DNA from: Candidatus Sungiibacteriota bacterium
GTDB lineage: Bacteria; Patescibacteriota; Minisyncoccia; Sungbacterales; HO2-52-23
Assembly (NCBI GenBank): GCA_016432465.1
Contig: CP066690.1
Location: 398,823 to 462,822 of the forward strand
Direction: 5' to 3'
Length of the DNA stretch: 64,000 nt
Positions within the stretch are counted from its first letter, which is position 1; the number at the start of each line of letters is the position of its first letter. Made by a program: the position numbers and the translations under genes. The notes under the pieces are model-generated. The model saw nothing but the letters and a program-made list of their open reading frames with translations, was not told where the DNA came from and ran no database searches. This document shows, in pieces, positions 9,519-18,992 of the stretch.

Positions 9519-10217
9519 TTAGGCTTTGGTGGCCCCTGCGAGCTTTTTCTTCCGCTCCGCGATCTTCGCCTGCGCCAGCGCAACCGCTGCATCCTGACCA
9601 GACTTGTCACGGAAAGTTCCCAGGGCGCCCTCAAACTTTACATCTGCAACGTCGGCCTCACGCTGCATCCGGGCCACAACGTTGTCAACAGAAACCGTCT
9701 CCCCCGAAGCCACAATATCACTTGCCATCTTCATTGCGTGCGCAGCTTCTTCTTTGGCCTTGGTGGAATGTTCCATGGCCTCAAGCTGCTGAATGCGCTG
9801 AACCATTGCGGCGTGTTTGGCCTTGAGCGCAGACACAGCTTCTTTCATCTTCCCAGCAGTTGTCGTGGCTGACTCAAGCTCTTCTTTCTTGGCAACAAGA
9901 AGATTACTTACACCATCAAGCTCAACCTGTTTTGCCGTTGCTACGTGGTCATTGTTTGGATCGTCATCGCCCAGGATGAGGTTGATTGCCCCATCCAATT
10001 CTGTAACACGTCGTTCCAAAGTCCTCTGGTCACGTCCCAGCGTACGGACGTAACCCTCTGCTTCAGCAGCAGCAGCTTGAAGGTCCGTAAGCGAACCCTC
10101 AAGGTCACGCACATATTGCTTTACGGCACCGGTTGAATCCAGATCAACCACCGTATCTAGAAGTTTGTGGGCCCTACTAAGGAAAATAATCCGTGCCTTC
10201 TCAAAAAGACCAGCCAC
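9519..10217 (-). CDS. PspA/IM30 (phage shock protein A / Vipp1) family protein
   Basis: N-terminus MAGLFEKARIIFLSRAHKLLD plus a coiled-coil layout typical of PspA, in 232 aa. Confidence 0.75.
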   Translation of the reverse strand: MAGLFEKARIIFLSRAHKLLDTVVDLDSTGAVKQYVRDLEGSLTDLQAAAAEAEGYVRTLGRDQRTLERRVTELDGAINLILGDDDPNNDHVATAKQVELDGVSNLLVAKKEELESATTTAGKMKEAVSALKAKHAAMVQRIQQLEAMEHSTKAKEEAAHAMKMASDIVASGETVSVDNVVARMQREADVADVKFEGALGTFRDKSGQDAAVALAQAKIAERKKKLAGATKA

Positions 10218-10495
10218 GGTTCCTCCTTTCAGCCCTCAACGGGCTACTAACAGTCTAACAAAATTGGGGTGCATTGTCAAGGTTTTTTATGCGGAACGTA
10301 AGATACGTTACAGCGTGGCCGTTTCTTGCCCGCTGGCCGGAAAATTGGTATATTATTATAGAGTTGTGCCGGTGTAGCCCCGACGTAAAGTCGGGGGTCG
10401 GGATCCCGACCGTCAGCGTCGGGACTCATCCCACCTTTTGTGTCAGGGTAGCTCAGTCGGTAAGAGCGTGGCACTCATAACGCCAAGGTCGCTTG

Positions 10496-10631
10496 TCCCC
10501 CACCTATTCTGGATAAAACACAAATTAATACTAGGGCTGGGTAGCTCAGTTGGTAGAGCGAGGGAATCATAAACCCTAGGTCGTGGGTTCAATCCCCACC
10601 CCAGCCAAAACAATCCAGAATAGGTGGGGGA
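10496..10631. repeat. 16/17-bp perfect inverted repeat (tcccccacctattctgg / ccagaataggtggggga) enclosing a complete tRNA(CAT)
   Basis: Bases 10496-10512 and 10615-10631 are exact reverse complements. Confidence 0.75.
10535..10607 (+). tRNA. tRNA, anticodon CAT (Met/fMet or Ile2)
   Basis: Canonical cloverleaf: acceptor ggctggg/cccagcc, D arm gctcagttggtagagc, loop atCATaa, T arm gtgggttcaatccccac. No encoded CCA. Confidence 0.8.
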
Positions 10632-10727
10632 TGAAGTTCGATTCCCACCCCTGACAGTCAAAAAGATGGGAGGACAAACAAGCGTTAGGTCATAGGTTCA
10701 ATTCCTATCACCGGCACACGAAAAACC

Positions 10728-11051
10728 ATGGAACAACGTGAAGAATACTATTTACTGCCGGAGGAAAAATGGGCTCGGCGGATAGCAGAAAGGTCCCAAC
10801 TCTGGATATCCATTATTGAAGAGTCCGATATTGACCCCGAAGTTAAAAGAGGGTTGGTTGAACTTATAAAACTTAAAAGCGACAATAAAGCTATCTTGGG
10901 GGACTCGGTTGACGATTGGGCTTATACCACTATTAGCGCTCTGCTAACCAAGCTAACCAAGATAAAAAATGTCAGCCCCGCCGATAAGTCGGCATTATTT
11001 GAAAATATCCGGGACGATATTTGGAAATTTCATAAAGAATTAAACGAGTAG
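10728..11051 (+). CDS. Hypothetical protein
   Basis: 107-aa ORF between tRNA clusters with no recognisable motif. Confidence 0.4.
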   Translation: MEQREEYYLLPEEKWARRIAERSQLWISIIEESDIDPEVKRGLVELIKLKSDNKAILGDSVDDWAYTTISALLTKLTKIKNVSPADKSALFENIRDDIWKFHKELNE

Positions 11052-11234
11052 AACCGTGATTAAAAAAGTTAAGAGTAAGTATATCGTGCTTTCAGAGACT
11101 ACGGGGCGATCGTTTGGAACGTACAAAACCTTGGCCAAGGCCCAACGCCGCCTGCGGCAGATTGAATTCTTCAAAAAATTAAAACAAAATCCGGCGTTGG
11201 TAGGACGCGGGTAAAAAATCTTTAAGAAAAATCA

Positions 11235-11567
11235 ATGACCGCCGAAAAACCAGACGAAGAAAAACTAAACAAGGGGCTTCCTGACAGACAACTGCCGACC
11301 CAAGAGCAGATGCAAGAGGCGTTTAACACCGAGGGGCGCTTGATTGAAAAGCATCGCGAGTGGATTGCTTTAGTGTTGGATCTAGTCAGCAAGGGGGAAA
11401 TCTCGCCCAATGGTAAAGTAGAAATTCCTATTGATCCGGAAACGGAAACAATTCTTAAAGCAGACCTTAAAGACGGAAATATAAATACGCTGGCCATTCA
11501 TCTTATGGGCAAACAGGTTTTTTACATAGATTTTAGACGTTTACATCAATCGTTGCTGAAAAAATAA
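11235..11567 (+). CDS. Hypothetical protein
   Basis: 110-aa acidic ORF. Confidence 0.4.
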   Translation: MTAEKPDEEKLNKGLPDRQLPTQEQMQEAFNTEGRLIEKHREWIALVLDLVSKGEISPNGKVEIPIDPETETILKADLKDGNINTLAIHLMGKQVFYIDFRRLHQSLLKK

Positions 11568-11677
11568 AACAGTAGCGGCCGCGAGTATATCTAAACAAAG
11601 CCCTCCGCTTGTCCCTAATAAAACGGCCATTAGAAACAGCCGGAAGTATTCGTCTCCTTGCCCGCCCCGCTTATAGC

Positions 11678-11752
11678 GGGCCGTTAGAACAGCCTGGAGT
11701 GTTCGTCTCCTTGTCACGGAGAAGGTCACGGGTTCAAATCCCGTACGGCCCG
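11678..11752 (+). tRNA. tRNA-Asp(GTC)
   Basis: Acceptor gggccgt/acggccc, D stem gaac/gttc, anticodon arm tctcc-ttGTCac-ggaga, T arm acgggttcaaatcccgt. No CCA. Confidence 0.75.
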
Positions 11753-11770
11753 CTATGTGCGGGGTTCATA

Positions 11771-12109
11771 GAGAAGGTCACGGGTTCAAATCCCGTACGG
11801 GATTTGAGGGGGCGAAAGATAAAGTCTTTCGCGGGAAATTTAGCGAGCCAGTGAAACTGTGCGAGCGTTAAAAATTTCCCGGGGTTTGCCGAGGAGGCAA
11901 ACTGAAAAACGCAAACTTCTTTGCGTTTTGAAAACCCGGGGTCAAAGCACTGCTTTGACGGGCATTTTAGCGAGCCGTCCTGAGTTTATCGAAGGACGTG
12001 CGAGCGTTAAGAAATGCCCGGGAATTTGTCGAGGAGACAAATTCGAAGGAGCGCGAAGCCTGCCGGAGGCAGTGCGTAGCGCGGGTGAGGAAAAATCCCG
12101 TACGGCCCG
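11771..12109 (+). repeat. Long variant of the tRNA-associated structured repeat element, flanked by duplicated tRNA-Asp T-arm/3'-end segments
   Basis: Bases 11771-11800 duplicate the tRNA-Asp T arm. The internal 45-nt unit gcgagcgttaa.aaat.cccggg..tttg.cgaggag.caaa occurs twice. The hairpin aaaacgcaaacttctttgcgtttt is followed by gaaaaccc. The element ends gcgggtgagga, followed by aaaatcccgtacggcccg, which duplicates 11735-11752. Confidence 0.6.
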
Positions 12110-12283
12110 TAGATAAAATAAAGTGGTGGCGCAAGCTACCATTTTATTTTGTCTTATGGGCTAGGCGAGATTTGAAGGGTATTCCAAAACGCAAACTGCT
12201 TTGCGTTTTGGAAACCCAGTTGGGATCACGTGTATTAGTATGATAACTGAATAAAAGGAGCCACTTTTCTGTGGCTCGATGAT

Positions 12284-12556
12284 TCACTCCACCAATCTAT
12301 GATTCCTGTAGTAATATCGGGTCTCATTGAAGTTGCGAAGAGCAGCTGTGCATTCCACACATCCATAAGTCCACGTTGCTCCATGTTCTTCACAAAAATA
12401 TTTATCCAACGGGCCTTCTTTTTTCCCTACGATTATCGTCTTTCCGGACTTTTTTGAACCTGCCGCGCTCTGGCTTGCTGCTATCTTTTTCATCCCCTTC
12501 AACACATACGAACGATCCATTGCTATGATTACATATTCAGATATTGGTGTCAACAA
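12284..12556 (-). CDS. Hypothetical small Cys-containing protein
   Basis: 90-aa ORF; the real start is possibly at MDRSYVLKG. Confidence 0.3.
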   Translation of the reverse strand: MLTPISEYVIIAMDRSYVLKGMKKIAASQSAAGSKKSGKTIIVGKKEGPLDKYFCEEHGATWTYGCVECTAALRNFNETRYYYRNHRLVE

Positions 12557-12660
12557 AATGACCCAGACCGACCCCCATCAAATCGCTCTCTGGAAAAGAG
12601 CGCGAAAAAGTCTTACAATGCTTGCACAAGCAAGGTTTTAGACCAACTCACACCGCAGGG

Positions 12661-12689
12661 TTGACAGCACTTATTTTTCCTGCTAATAT
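12661..12689 (+). promoter_or_regulatory. Sigma70-like promoter (TTGACA-17-TAATAT)
   Basis: ttgaca gcacttatttttcctgc taatat lies 35 nt upstream of the ORF at 12724. Confidence 0.5.
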
Positions 12690-12723
12690 GTAAGACAGCA
12701 AATCTAGAGAAAACGGGGGCAAG

Positions 12724-13203
12724 ATGAATAAACTGCTTCTTGGAGTAGTGGTGTGCGCAGCAGCAATCGGTTTTTTGGTCGCACAAGCTCTGTCTAGTGA
12801 GCCAGAACAATTGAACCGATTAAATAGTGAGTTGGATGAACTTGAGGCATTTTCTAGTGTTGCTGTTGTGCAAATACGAAACAGTGATGTGTTGACAAAA
12901 GAGGAAAAAAATCAGTACGAAAAAGAATTTTTTTCTTTTGATAGGGCGTTGCTTGATGCACAGTTTAAGGTGTTGATCACTGCCGGTATATATGAAGCGG
13001 CTGAATTAAAGAAGCACGGAAAATTGGACGAACAAAAACTTGATCCGCTTATTGCGCTTCAACTTGCAGCTCTTAAAGACGCCGGCAAAACCCCACTTCA
13101 GTTCGTAGATGAAATGCTGCCAATAATTACAAATAGCGTCAATAAATTACAAAAAAGACGCAATGAACTTCAAAAAAAGTTTGATCCAAAACTGTCTCGG
13201 TAA
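12724..13203 (+). CDS. Hypothetical secreted protein
   Basis: N-terminal signal peptide LLLGVVVCAAAIGFLVAQA followed by a helical, charged protein. Confidence 0.45.
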   Translation: MNKLLLGVVVCAAAIGFLVAQALSSEPEQLNRLNSELDELEAFSSVAVVQIRNSDVLTKEEKNQYEKEFFSFDRALLDAQFKVLITAGIYEAAELKKHGKLDEQKLDPLIALQLAALKDAGKTPLQFVDEMLPIITNSVNKLQKRRNELQKKFDPKLSR

Positions 13204-13394
13204 GGCAGTTTTTCTTTCCTAAGCTATCATGAGTGATAGGGTAGGGGACTAAGCCACCACACCCTCATGCAGACAACTTCGGAATAAAGAAATACTCACT
13301 TTTACGCATAAAAGAGGCTAACGTCGTCTACTAACCTCCGACAGTTAGAAAACGGGTTGCTCACTTTTTTGAAATGAGCGAACCGTTTTTAAAA

Positions 13395-13424
13395 TTATCC
13401 ACCCAAACGAGTGGATAATTTTTG
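13395..13424 (+). terminator. Rho-independent terminator
   Basis: Hairpin ttatccacc-caaacga-gtggataa followed by ttttt. Confidence 0.5.
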
Positions 13425-13474
13425 CTTCAAATAGGGGTTTATTTAAATAAGAATTTCTGCTAAAATACCCGAAG

Positions 13475-14611
13475 ATGGAATTAGATATAGCACCAAAAAA
13501 AGAAGAGGAGTTAAGGGGAAAGCTCGCGAAAAAACACGACCCGGAAAGCGAACGACTGGTTCGTTTTCTTGCCATGCCCGATCTTTCCCGCACCACAGGA
13601 AGCCCTATTAATGAACTAGTACAGCGCATTATAAAGCTGAAGGATTTTGCGGACTTTGATATTATTCGGGTTCCGGAAATTGTGCCTGTGGATATAAGTT
13701 TTGATCTTTTTGATTTTCCGCAAGACCACCCGGCGCGCTCCCGGTCAGATACCTACTACGTGGACGAAAAACACATCCTGCGAACCCACACCACTATTAT
13801 GTGGTACTACTGGCTGAACGAGCCAGAAGTAAAAAGTAAAATTGAAAAAGGTAAAAGCATTGGTGCGTTATCATACGGGAAAGTGTACCGCAAAGACGAA
13901 ATAGACCGGCAGCATATGAACGTATTTCACCAGATGGATGGATGGTATCTTTGCCGGAAGGACGAAAAAATAATTACATCCGAAGATTTACAGAACGTGC
14001 TGGTTGAAATAGCCAAAGCGGTGTTTGGTAAGGACGTGAAATACCGCTTTAATGAAGATACGTTTCCGTATACGGACCCGAGTTTGGAAATGGAGATAGA
14101 AAAGAACGGAAAGTGGATTGAGGTACTGGGAAGTGGAGTAGTAAAGGGAAGCGTTCTTAAAAATTTGGGCGTTGACCCGAATCTTTATAACGGCTGGGCA
14201 TTCGGATTCGGCTTGGAGCGCTTGGCGATTGTAAGCATGGAACTGCCGGACATAAGATTGCTCTGGTCTGAGGACGAGCGCGTAAAAAAACAACTGCGCT
14301 TAGGAAATAAGTTTAAAGAAGTCAGTAAATTTCCCCCCATTACCCGCGACATTTCCTTTATTGTTGATAAAAACTTCATCCCCAATAATTATTTTGATCT
14401 GATAAGAGACATCGGCGGGAATATAGTTGAAGAGGTCCGGCTATTGGATAAATATGAAAATCCGGAAAAATTCGGCCCAGACAAAATAAGCTACACATAT
14501 CGAATCGTATACAGAAGCAACGAACGGACCCTCGAGACCAAAGGGGTAGATCCCATACAAGATAAGATATATCTGGAGACCAAAAAACAATTTAGGGCGG
14601 AACTTAGATAA
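13475..14611 (+). CDS. pheS: Phenylalanine--tRNA ligase alpha subunit
   Basis: Class II motif 3 FGFGLERLAI with upstream motifs. The 378-aa protein has N- and C-terminal extensions. Confidence 0.85.
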   Translation: MELDIAPKKEEELRGKLAKKHDPESERLVRFLAMPDLSRTTGSPINELVQRIIKLKDFADFDIIRVPEIVPVDISFDLFDFPQDHPARSRSDTYYVDEKHILRTHTTIMWYYWLNEPEVKSKIEKGKSIGALSYGKVYRKDEIDRQHMNVFHQMDGWYLCRKDEKIITSEDLQNVLVEIAKAVFGKDVKYRFNEDTFPYTDPSLEMEIEKNGKWIEVLGSGVVKGSVLKNLGVDPNLYNGWAFGFGLERLAIVSMELPDIRLLWSEDERVKKQLRLGNKFKEVSKFPPITRDISFIVDKNFIPNNYFDLIRDIGGNIVEEVRLLDKYENPEKFGPDKISYTYRIVYRSNERTLETKGVDPIQDKIYLETKKQFRAELR

Positions 14612-15426
14612 TGGGAAAAATAGTAAAGTATAAAAAAGTAATAGCAACATTCTCTGCGATTGCCTGGCTAGCTTTTATCTTTTCCGCTTTTAGGGGATTT
14701 CACTTTTGGTATGCAGGATTTGTCTTCTTTTTATGGCTAGCGCTCGGTTTGGTGAACTACGATAAGAATTCAAGCTTCTGGTTCTTAAAAAACAGGTTTG
14801 CTGGTTTCCTAAGATTCTTCCTTATCCTTGTATTCCTTTCTTTCGTTGCCGACTTTATTATGGGACAAAAGTTGGCAGTTCTCTGGTGGTATCCTCACTA
14901 TAATTCACTGGACGATTGGCTACGTCTTTACTTTATAATTTATCCGTTTGGCGGTCTTGCGGTACTTGAATTAGTTTATTTTTTGTCCGGAATTTTTGGC
15001 GAACGATTAAATTTTGTGCAGAGACCCTATACATATGCGCATCGCCTCACTGATAAATTAGATGTTGGTCTCTTGTTATCTATCCTAATTATCACGCTCC
15101 TTGCCATTGGCGGGCTTACGAGAGAATATGCAAATTTAGTCATCTGGGGATTTTTTGCCTGGATGTTTTTTGGAACTTTAAAGCTTAAATATCATATAGT
15201 CCATTGGGGACACTATGTCGCAATTCTAGTAACTGCATTGTTTATGTCAGTTTTCCTGCACGAGATTCCAAATGTCGGAGTCTTTGAGTGGCAGTATAAA
15301 AACGCCCCGAGTCTTAATCAAGAAATACTCGGAATTCCTCTTTGGGTAGTTCTGGGGTGGTACCTTCTTGTCCTAGGTATGGTTCGGATTTGGATGTATT
15401 TGGTGCTAAAACCTAGACAAAAATAG
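14611..15426 (+). CDS. Hypothetical polytopic membrane protein
   Basis: 271 aa with about 7 hydrophobic helices. It overlaps the pheS stop. Confidence 0.45.
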   Translation: MGKIVKYKKVIATFSAIAWLAFIFSAFRGFHFWYAGFVFFLWLALGLVNYDKNSSFWFLKNRFAGFLRFFLILVFLSFVADFIMGQKLAVLWWYPHYNSLDDWLRLYFIIYPFGGLAVLELVYFLSGIFGERLNFVQRPYTYAHRLTDKLDVGLLLSILIITLLAIGGLTREYANLVIWGFFAWMFFGTLKLKYHIVHWGHYVAILVTALFMSVFLHEIPNVGVFEWQYKNAPSLNQEILGIPLWVVLGWYLLVLGMVRIWMYLVLKPRQK

Positions 15427-15429
15427 CCA

Positions 15430-15458
15430 TTGAATTTCCCCTCAAATTTTGCTATACT
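15430..15458 (+). promoter_or_regulatory. Sigma70-like promoter (TTGAAT-17-TATACT, extended TG)
   Basis: ttgaat ttcccctcaaattttgc tatact lies upstream of gyrB. A leader inverted repeat atatccgccc...ggggcggatat lies at 15503-15541. Confidence 0.5.
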
Positions 15459-15572
15459 AAGATCGTACTCCTTGATTTAAAAATGGCGTATCTACACGCA
15501 ATATCCGCCCACGAATTCTGCTGAATTTGGGGCGGATATTGTTGTTATAATAATCGCCTGTGGACAACCAAA

Positions 15573-18500
15573 TTGGCAAAGAAAAAATCTAGGGCCAAAA
15601 CCAAAAAACGACTGCCCAAACGCCCTCCTCGTCAAAAAAGACGGACTATTAGGGCTGGGTCAAAAACCCCCACAACAAAATCCGGCGAATCGTATACAGC
15701 CAAAGACATTTATGTTTTGGAGGGACTAGAGCCGGTACGGAAACGTCCGGGAATGTATATCGGCTCAACCGGAGTTGACGGCCTGCATCATTTAATTTGG
15801 GAGGTGCTAGACAACAGTATTGACGAGGCTATGGCAGGATATGCCAAAAACGTCGCCATAACGCTTTTGGGGAACAATAAAGTAATGGTAATTGACGACG
15901 GTCGTGGAATACCGGTTGAAACACATAAACAAACAAAAAAATCGGCTTTAGAAACAGTAATGACCACGCTTCATGCCGGGGCCAAATTTGGAGGCGAGTC
16001 CTACAAGGTTTCCGGCGGACTTCACGGCGTAGGGGTTTCGGTTGTCAACGCTCTTTCTATTTGGATGAAAACGGAGGTGTGCCGTGACGGATATCAGTAT
16101 GCGCAGGAATATTCGCGCGGCAAACCCAAATATGCTGTAAAAAAAACGGGAAAGTGCCGAGGCTCCGGAACGGCAGTTACTTTTGAACCCGACCCAGAAG
16201 TATTTGAAAAAATACAGTTTGACTGGGAGCGAATCCTTGACCACATCAGACAACAGGCCTATCTCACCAAAGGAGTAAAAATTTCAGTGATTGACCGGCG
16301 AGAAGGCGGAAGGGCTAAAGATAATTCATCGCTCGAAACCCAATACTCGTTCTATTTTGAAGGTGGCATCATTTCCTATATTCAGTATCTCAACAGAAAC
16401 GAAGCACCCAAACACGAAAATATTTTTTATGTCTCTAAAGAGGCCGGTATCGACGGGAAAAAACTTTTAGTGGAGGCGGCTTTTCAGTATACGGACGATC
16501 TGCAAGGAAAAGAGGTTTCTTTTGCTAATAATATCCACACTGGCGAGGGCGGCATGCATCTTACCGGATTCCGTACCGCCCTAACACGCGCCTTAAACGA
16601 CTATGCCCGTAAAAATGAATACTTTAAAAAAGACGACGAAACACTTACCGGCGACGACGTACGCGAAGGAATTACTGCGATAATTTCTGTAAAATTGCGG
16701 GAGCCGCAGTTTGAAGGACAAACCAAGGCCAAACTTGGAAATCCCGAAGCGCGCACGGCCGTAGAAACAGTCGTGGGGGAATCAGTAAAAGAATGGCTGG
16801 AAAAATATCCGCGCGACGCGCAGGAAATTATTGGAAAAGCGCTTCTGGCGCAAAAAGCGCGAAAAGCTGCCAAGGCGGCGCGGGATACCGTACTGCGTAA
16901 AGGCGCGTTTGAGGGCCTAATGCTTCCGGGGAAACTTGCTGATTGCCAATCGCGCAATCCGGAGGAGTCGGAATTGTTTCTGGTGGAGGGGGATTCCGCA
17001 GGGGGCTGTTTTTCCGGAGACACAAAGATTGCCTTATTAGACGGACGCAATCTATCATTCAGAGAACTTATTCCAGAGGCAAGGGCTGGAAAAAAACATT
17101 ACTGTTACACCATGCGCAACGATGGAAGTATTAATATCGCTCAAATTGTAAATCCGCGTCTGACCAAAAGTAAAGCAGAAGTCATAAAAATTATCTTGGA
17201 TAACGACGAAGAAATTGTTTGTACCACAGATCATAAATTTATGTTGGCCGACGGCTCTTTTAAGGAGGCGCGGTGTCTGCAACCGCAAGATTCCCTTATG
17301 CCTCTATATCGTCAATTTTCTAAACTCGGAGGGCGAATCACTATTAAAGGATATGAGATGGTATACGACCCCCTTGAGCTCCGCTGGATTTTCACCCACC
17401 TTCTTTCTGACAGATATAATCTTGAACACAGCACCTACCTCGAAAGCGACGGCGCACATCGACACCACAAAGATTTTAACAAACTAAACAACAACCCAGA
17501 AAATATTATACGCCTCACCGATGAAAACCACTTAGAACTGCATCGGCGCTTAGCGAAAATGTTTCTTCATCGTCCAGAAATTCAGGCGAAAGCGACGGCT
17601 ACAAAACGCACGGCTACCTACCGAGAAATGGCACGCCAAAAGACACTTGAAAAAAAGGGGCTCTTTAGCAGAAACGCAAAAAAACAATGGGAAAATGATA
17701 CGTATAAACAATATATGTTGAAAAAGTTTCTGGAATTTTATAGGACACACGAGGAATATAGAAAAAAGAATAACCAGCTGCTTGATAAAATACAAAAGAA
17801 ATACTGGGCAGATGAGAAGAACAGAGAAAAACAGGCACTGCGGACAAAAGAATTTTTCATAACTAATCCGGACAGAAAAATACGGCTTGCCGAAATCGCA
17901 AAACAACAATGGAGAGATGAAAAACTGCTACGCTGGCGCGCGTCAAAAACGCGCGGGCAATGGACGCCGGAATTTCGAGTAAAACGATATGCTGCATATA
18001 ATCAGACGTATCTGCGCAAAGCCCTTGAAGTACTCAGGCAAATTTACGATAAATACGGGTCCGCCAGTGAACAGAAATACAACGAAATTCGCCAAAGGAC
18101 TGGTGATAGGAACTTAATTAGACTTTCAACAGTCTGCCAAAGGTTTTTTGAAAATGATCAAAAAAAACTTACAGAGGCAGTAATAAATTATAATCACAAG
18201 GTTAAAAAAGTAATTCCGTTAGCGGAGCATATAGATGTATACGACCTTGAAGTCCCGGAGACACACAACTTCGCACTGGCCTCCGGGGTGTTTGTCCATA
18301 ACAGCGCAAAGCAGGGCCGCGATAGAAAATTTCAGGCGATTCTGCCTCTTCGCGGAAAAATTTTAAATGTGGAAAAAGCGCGTCTGGACAAAATGCTCGC
18401 CTCCAAAGAAATTAAATCACTAATCATTGCTCTTGGCGCTGCCATTGGCGACGAATTTGACGAATCACGGCTCCGCTATCATCGCACCGTTATAATGACC

Positions 18501-18989
18501 GACGCTGACGTTGACGGCGCGCACATCCGAACCCTGCTTCTTACTCTTTTTTATCGCTATTTTCCAATCGTGGTTGAACGCGGTTACTTATATATAGCCC
18601 AACCGCCTTTGTATAGAATTCAGTCGGGGAGGGTTGTTCATTATGCCTATTCTGACGCGGAGAAAGATAAACTGGTTGCTGAATTTAAAAAGCAAAAATT
18701 AGAAACCAAACGCGTCCGGACAGAGGCTAAGGGTACCGAGGTGTCCGAAGAAGTAATGGAGGAAACAAAGGGTATTATTATTCAACGCTACAAAGGCTTG
18801 GGCGAGATGAATCCGTCCCAACTTTGGGAAACCACCATGGATCCGCAAATCCGTACCATGAAGCAGGTCACACTAGAAGACGCCACAGAAGCGGACAGAA
18901 TTTTTGATATTTTGATGGGGGACGAAGTGTTGCCGCGAAAGAAATTTATACAAACTCACGCCAAAGCAGTTAAAAATTTAGACATCTAA
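15573..18989 (+). CDS. gyrB: DNA gyrase subunit B, interrupted in-frame by an intein
   Basis: GHKL ATPase motifs (GLHHLIWEVLDNSIDEAMAGYA) and the TOPRIM motif EGDSAGG. C-terminal gyrB motifs are present. The protein is 1138 aa including a 432-aa intein. Confidence 0.9.
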   Translation: MAKKKSRAKTKKRLPKRPPRQKRRTIRAGSKTPTTKSGESYTAKDIYVLEGLEPVRKRPGMYIGSTGVDGLHHLIWEVLDNSIDEAMAGYAKNVAITLLGNNKVMVIDDGRGIPVETHKQTKKSALETVMTTLHAGAKFGGESYKVSGGLHGVGVSVVNALSIWMKTEVCRDGYQYAQEYSRGKPKYAVKKTGKCRGSGTAVTFEPDPEVFEKIQFDWERILDHIRQQAYLTKGVKISVIDRREGGRAKDNSSLETQYSFYFEGGIISYIQYLNRNEAPKHENIFYVSKEAGIDGKKLLVEAAFQYTDDLQGKEVSFANNIHTGEGGMHLTGFRTALTRALNDYARKNEYFKKDDETLTGDDVREGITAIISVKLREPQFEGQTKAKLGNPEARTAVETVVGESVKEWLEKYPRDAQEIIGKALLAQKARKAAKAARDTVLRKGAFEGLMLPGKLADCQSRNPEESELFLVEGDSAGGCFSGDTKIALLDGRNLSFRELIPEARAGKKHYCYTMRNDGSINIAQIVNPRLTKSKAEVIKIILDNDEEIVCTTDHKFMLADGSFKEARCLQPQDSLMPLYRQFSKLGGRITIKGYEMVYDPLELRWIFTHLLSDRYNLEHSTYLESDGAHRHHKDFNKLNNNPENIIRLTDENHLELHRRLAKMFLHRPEIQAKATATKRTATYREMARQKTLEKKGLFSRNAKKQWENDTYKQYMLKKFLEFYRTHEEYRKKNNQLLDKIQKKYWADEKNREKQALRTKEFFITNPDRKIRLAEIAKQQWRDEKLLRWRASKTRGQWTPEFRVKRYAAYNQTYLRKALEVLRQIYDKYGSASEQKYNEIRQRTGDRNLIRLSTVCQRFFENDQKKLTEAVINYNHKVKKVIPLAEHIDVYDLEVPETHNFALASGVFVHNSAKQGRDRKFQAILPLRGKILNVEKARLDKMLASKEIKSLIIALGAAIGDEFDESRLRYHRTVIMTDADVDGAHIRTLLLTLFYRYFPIVVERGYLYIAQPPLYRIQSGRVVHYAYSDAEKDKLVAEFKKQKLETKRVRTEAKGTEVSEEVMEETKGIIIQRYKGLGEMNPSQLWETTMDPQIRTMKQVTLEDATEADRIFDILMGDEVLPRKKFIQTHAKAVKNLDI
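17007..18302 (+). mobile_element. Intein (432 aa) with HNH-type homing endonuclease domain inside gyrB
   Basis: It starts with Cys right after EGDSAGG (CFSGDTKIALLDG, block A). It ends ...VFVHN followed by Ser (SAKQGRD). Its internal HNH-like motif is DGAHRHHKDFNKLNNNPENIIRLTDENHLELH. Confidence 0.8.
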
Positions 18990-18992
18990 TCC

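Larger units (their letters stand above)
10444..10657 (+). tRNA. Split or interrupted tRNA-like gene (CAT anticodon) whose two parts flank the tRNA above
   Basis: The 5' part is gtcaggg-ta-gctcagtcggtaagagc-g-tggca-ctCATaa-cgcca-aggtc. The 3' part gttcgattcccac-ccctgac-a pairs with the 5' acceptor. A 16/17-bp perfect inverted repeat lies between them. Confidence 0.4.

Noticed and set aside
13230-13474. Possible T-box leader upstream of pheS
   Set aside because: No AGGGTGGNACCGCG T-box consensus or specifier/antiterminator arrangement is visible. Only a terminator-like hairpin from the upstream gene is present.
16601-17909. Antisense ORFs inside gyrB and its intein (16601..17050, 17550..17909 and others)
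   Set aside because: They lie opposite a strongly supported 1138-aa reading frame and carry no motifs.
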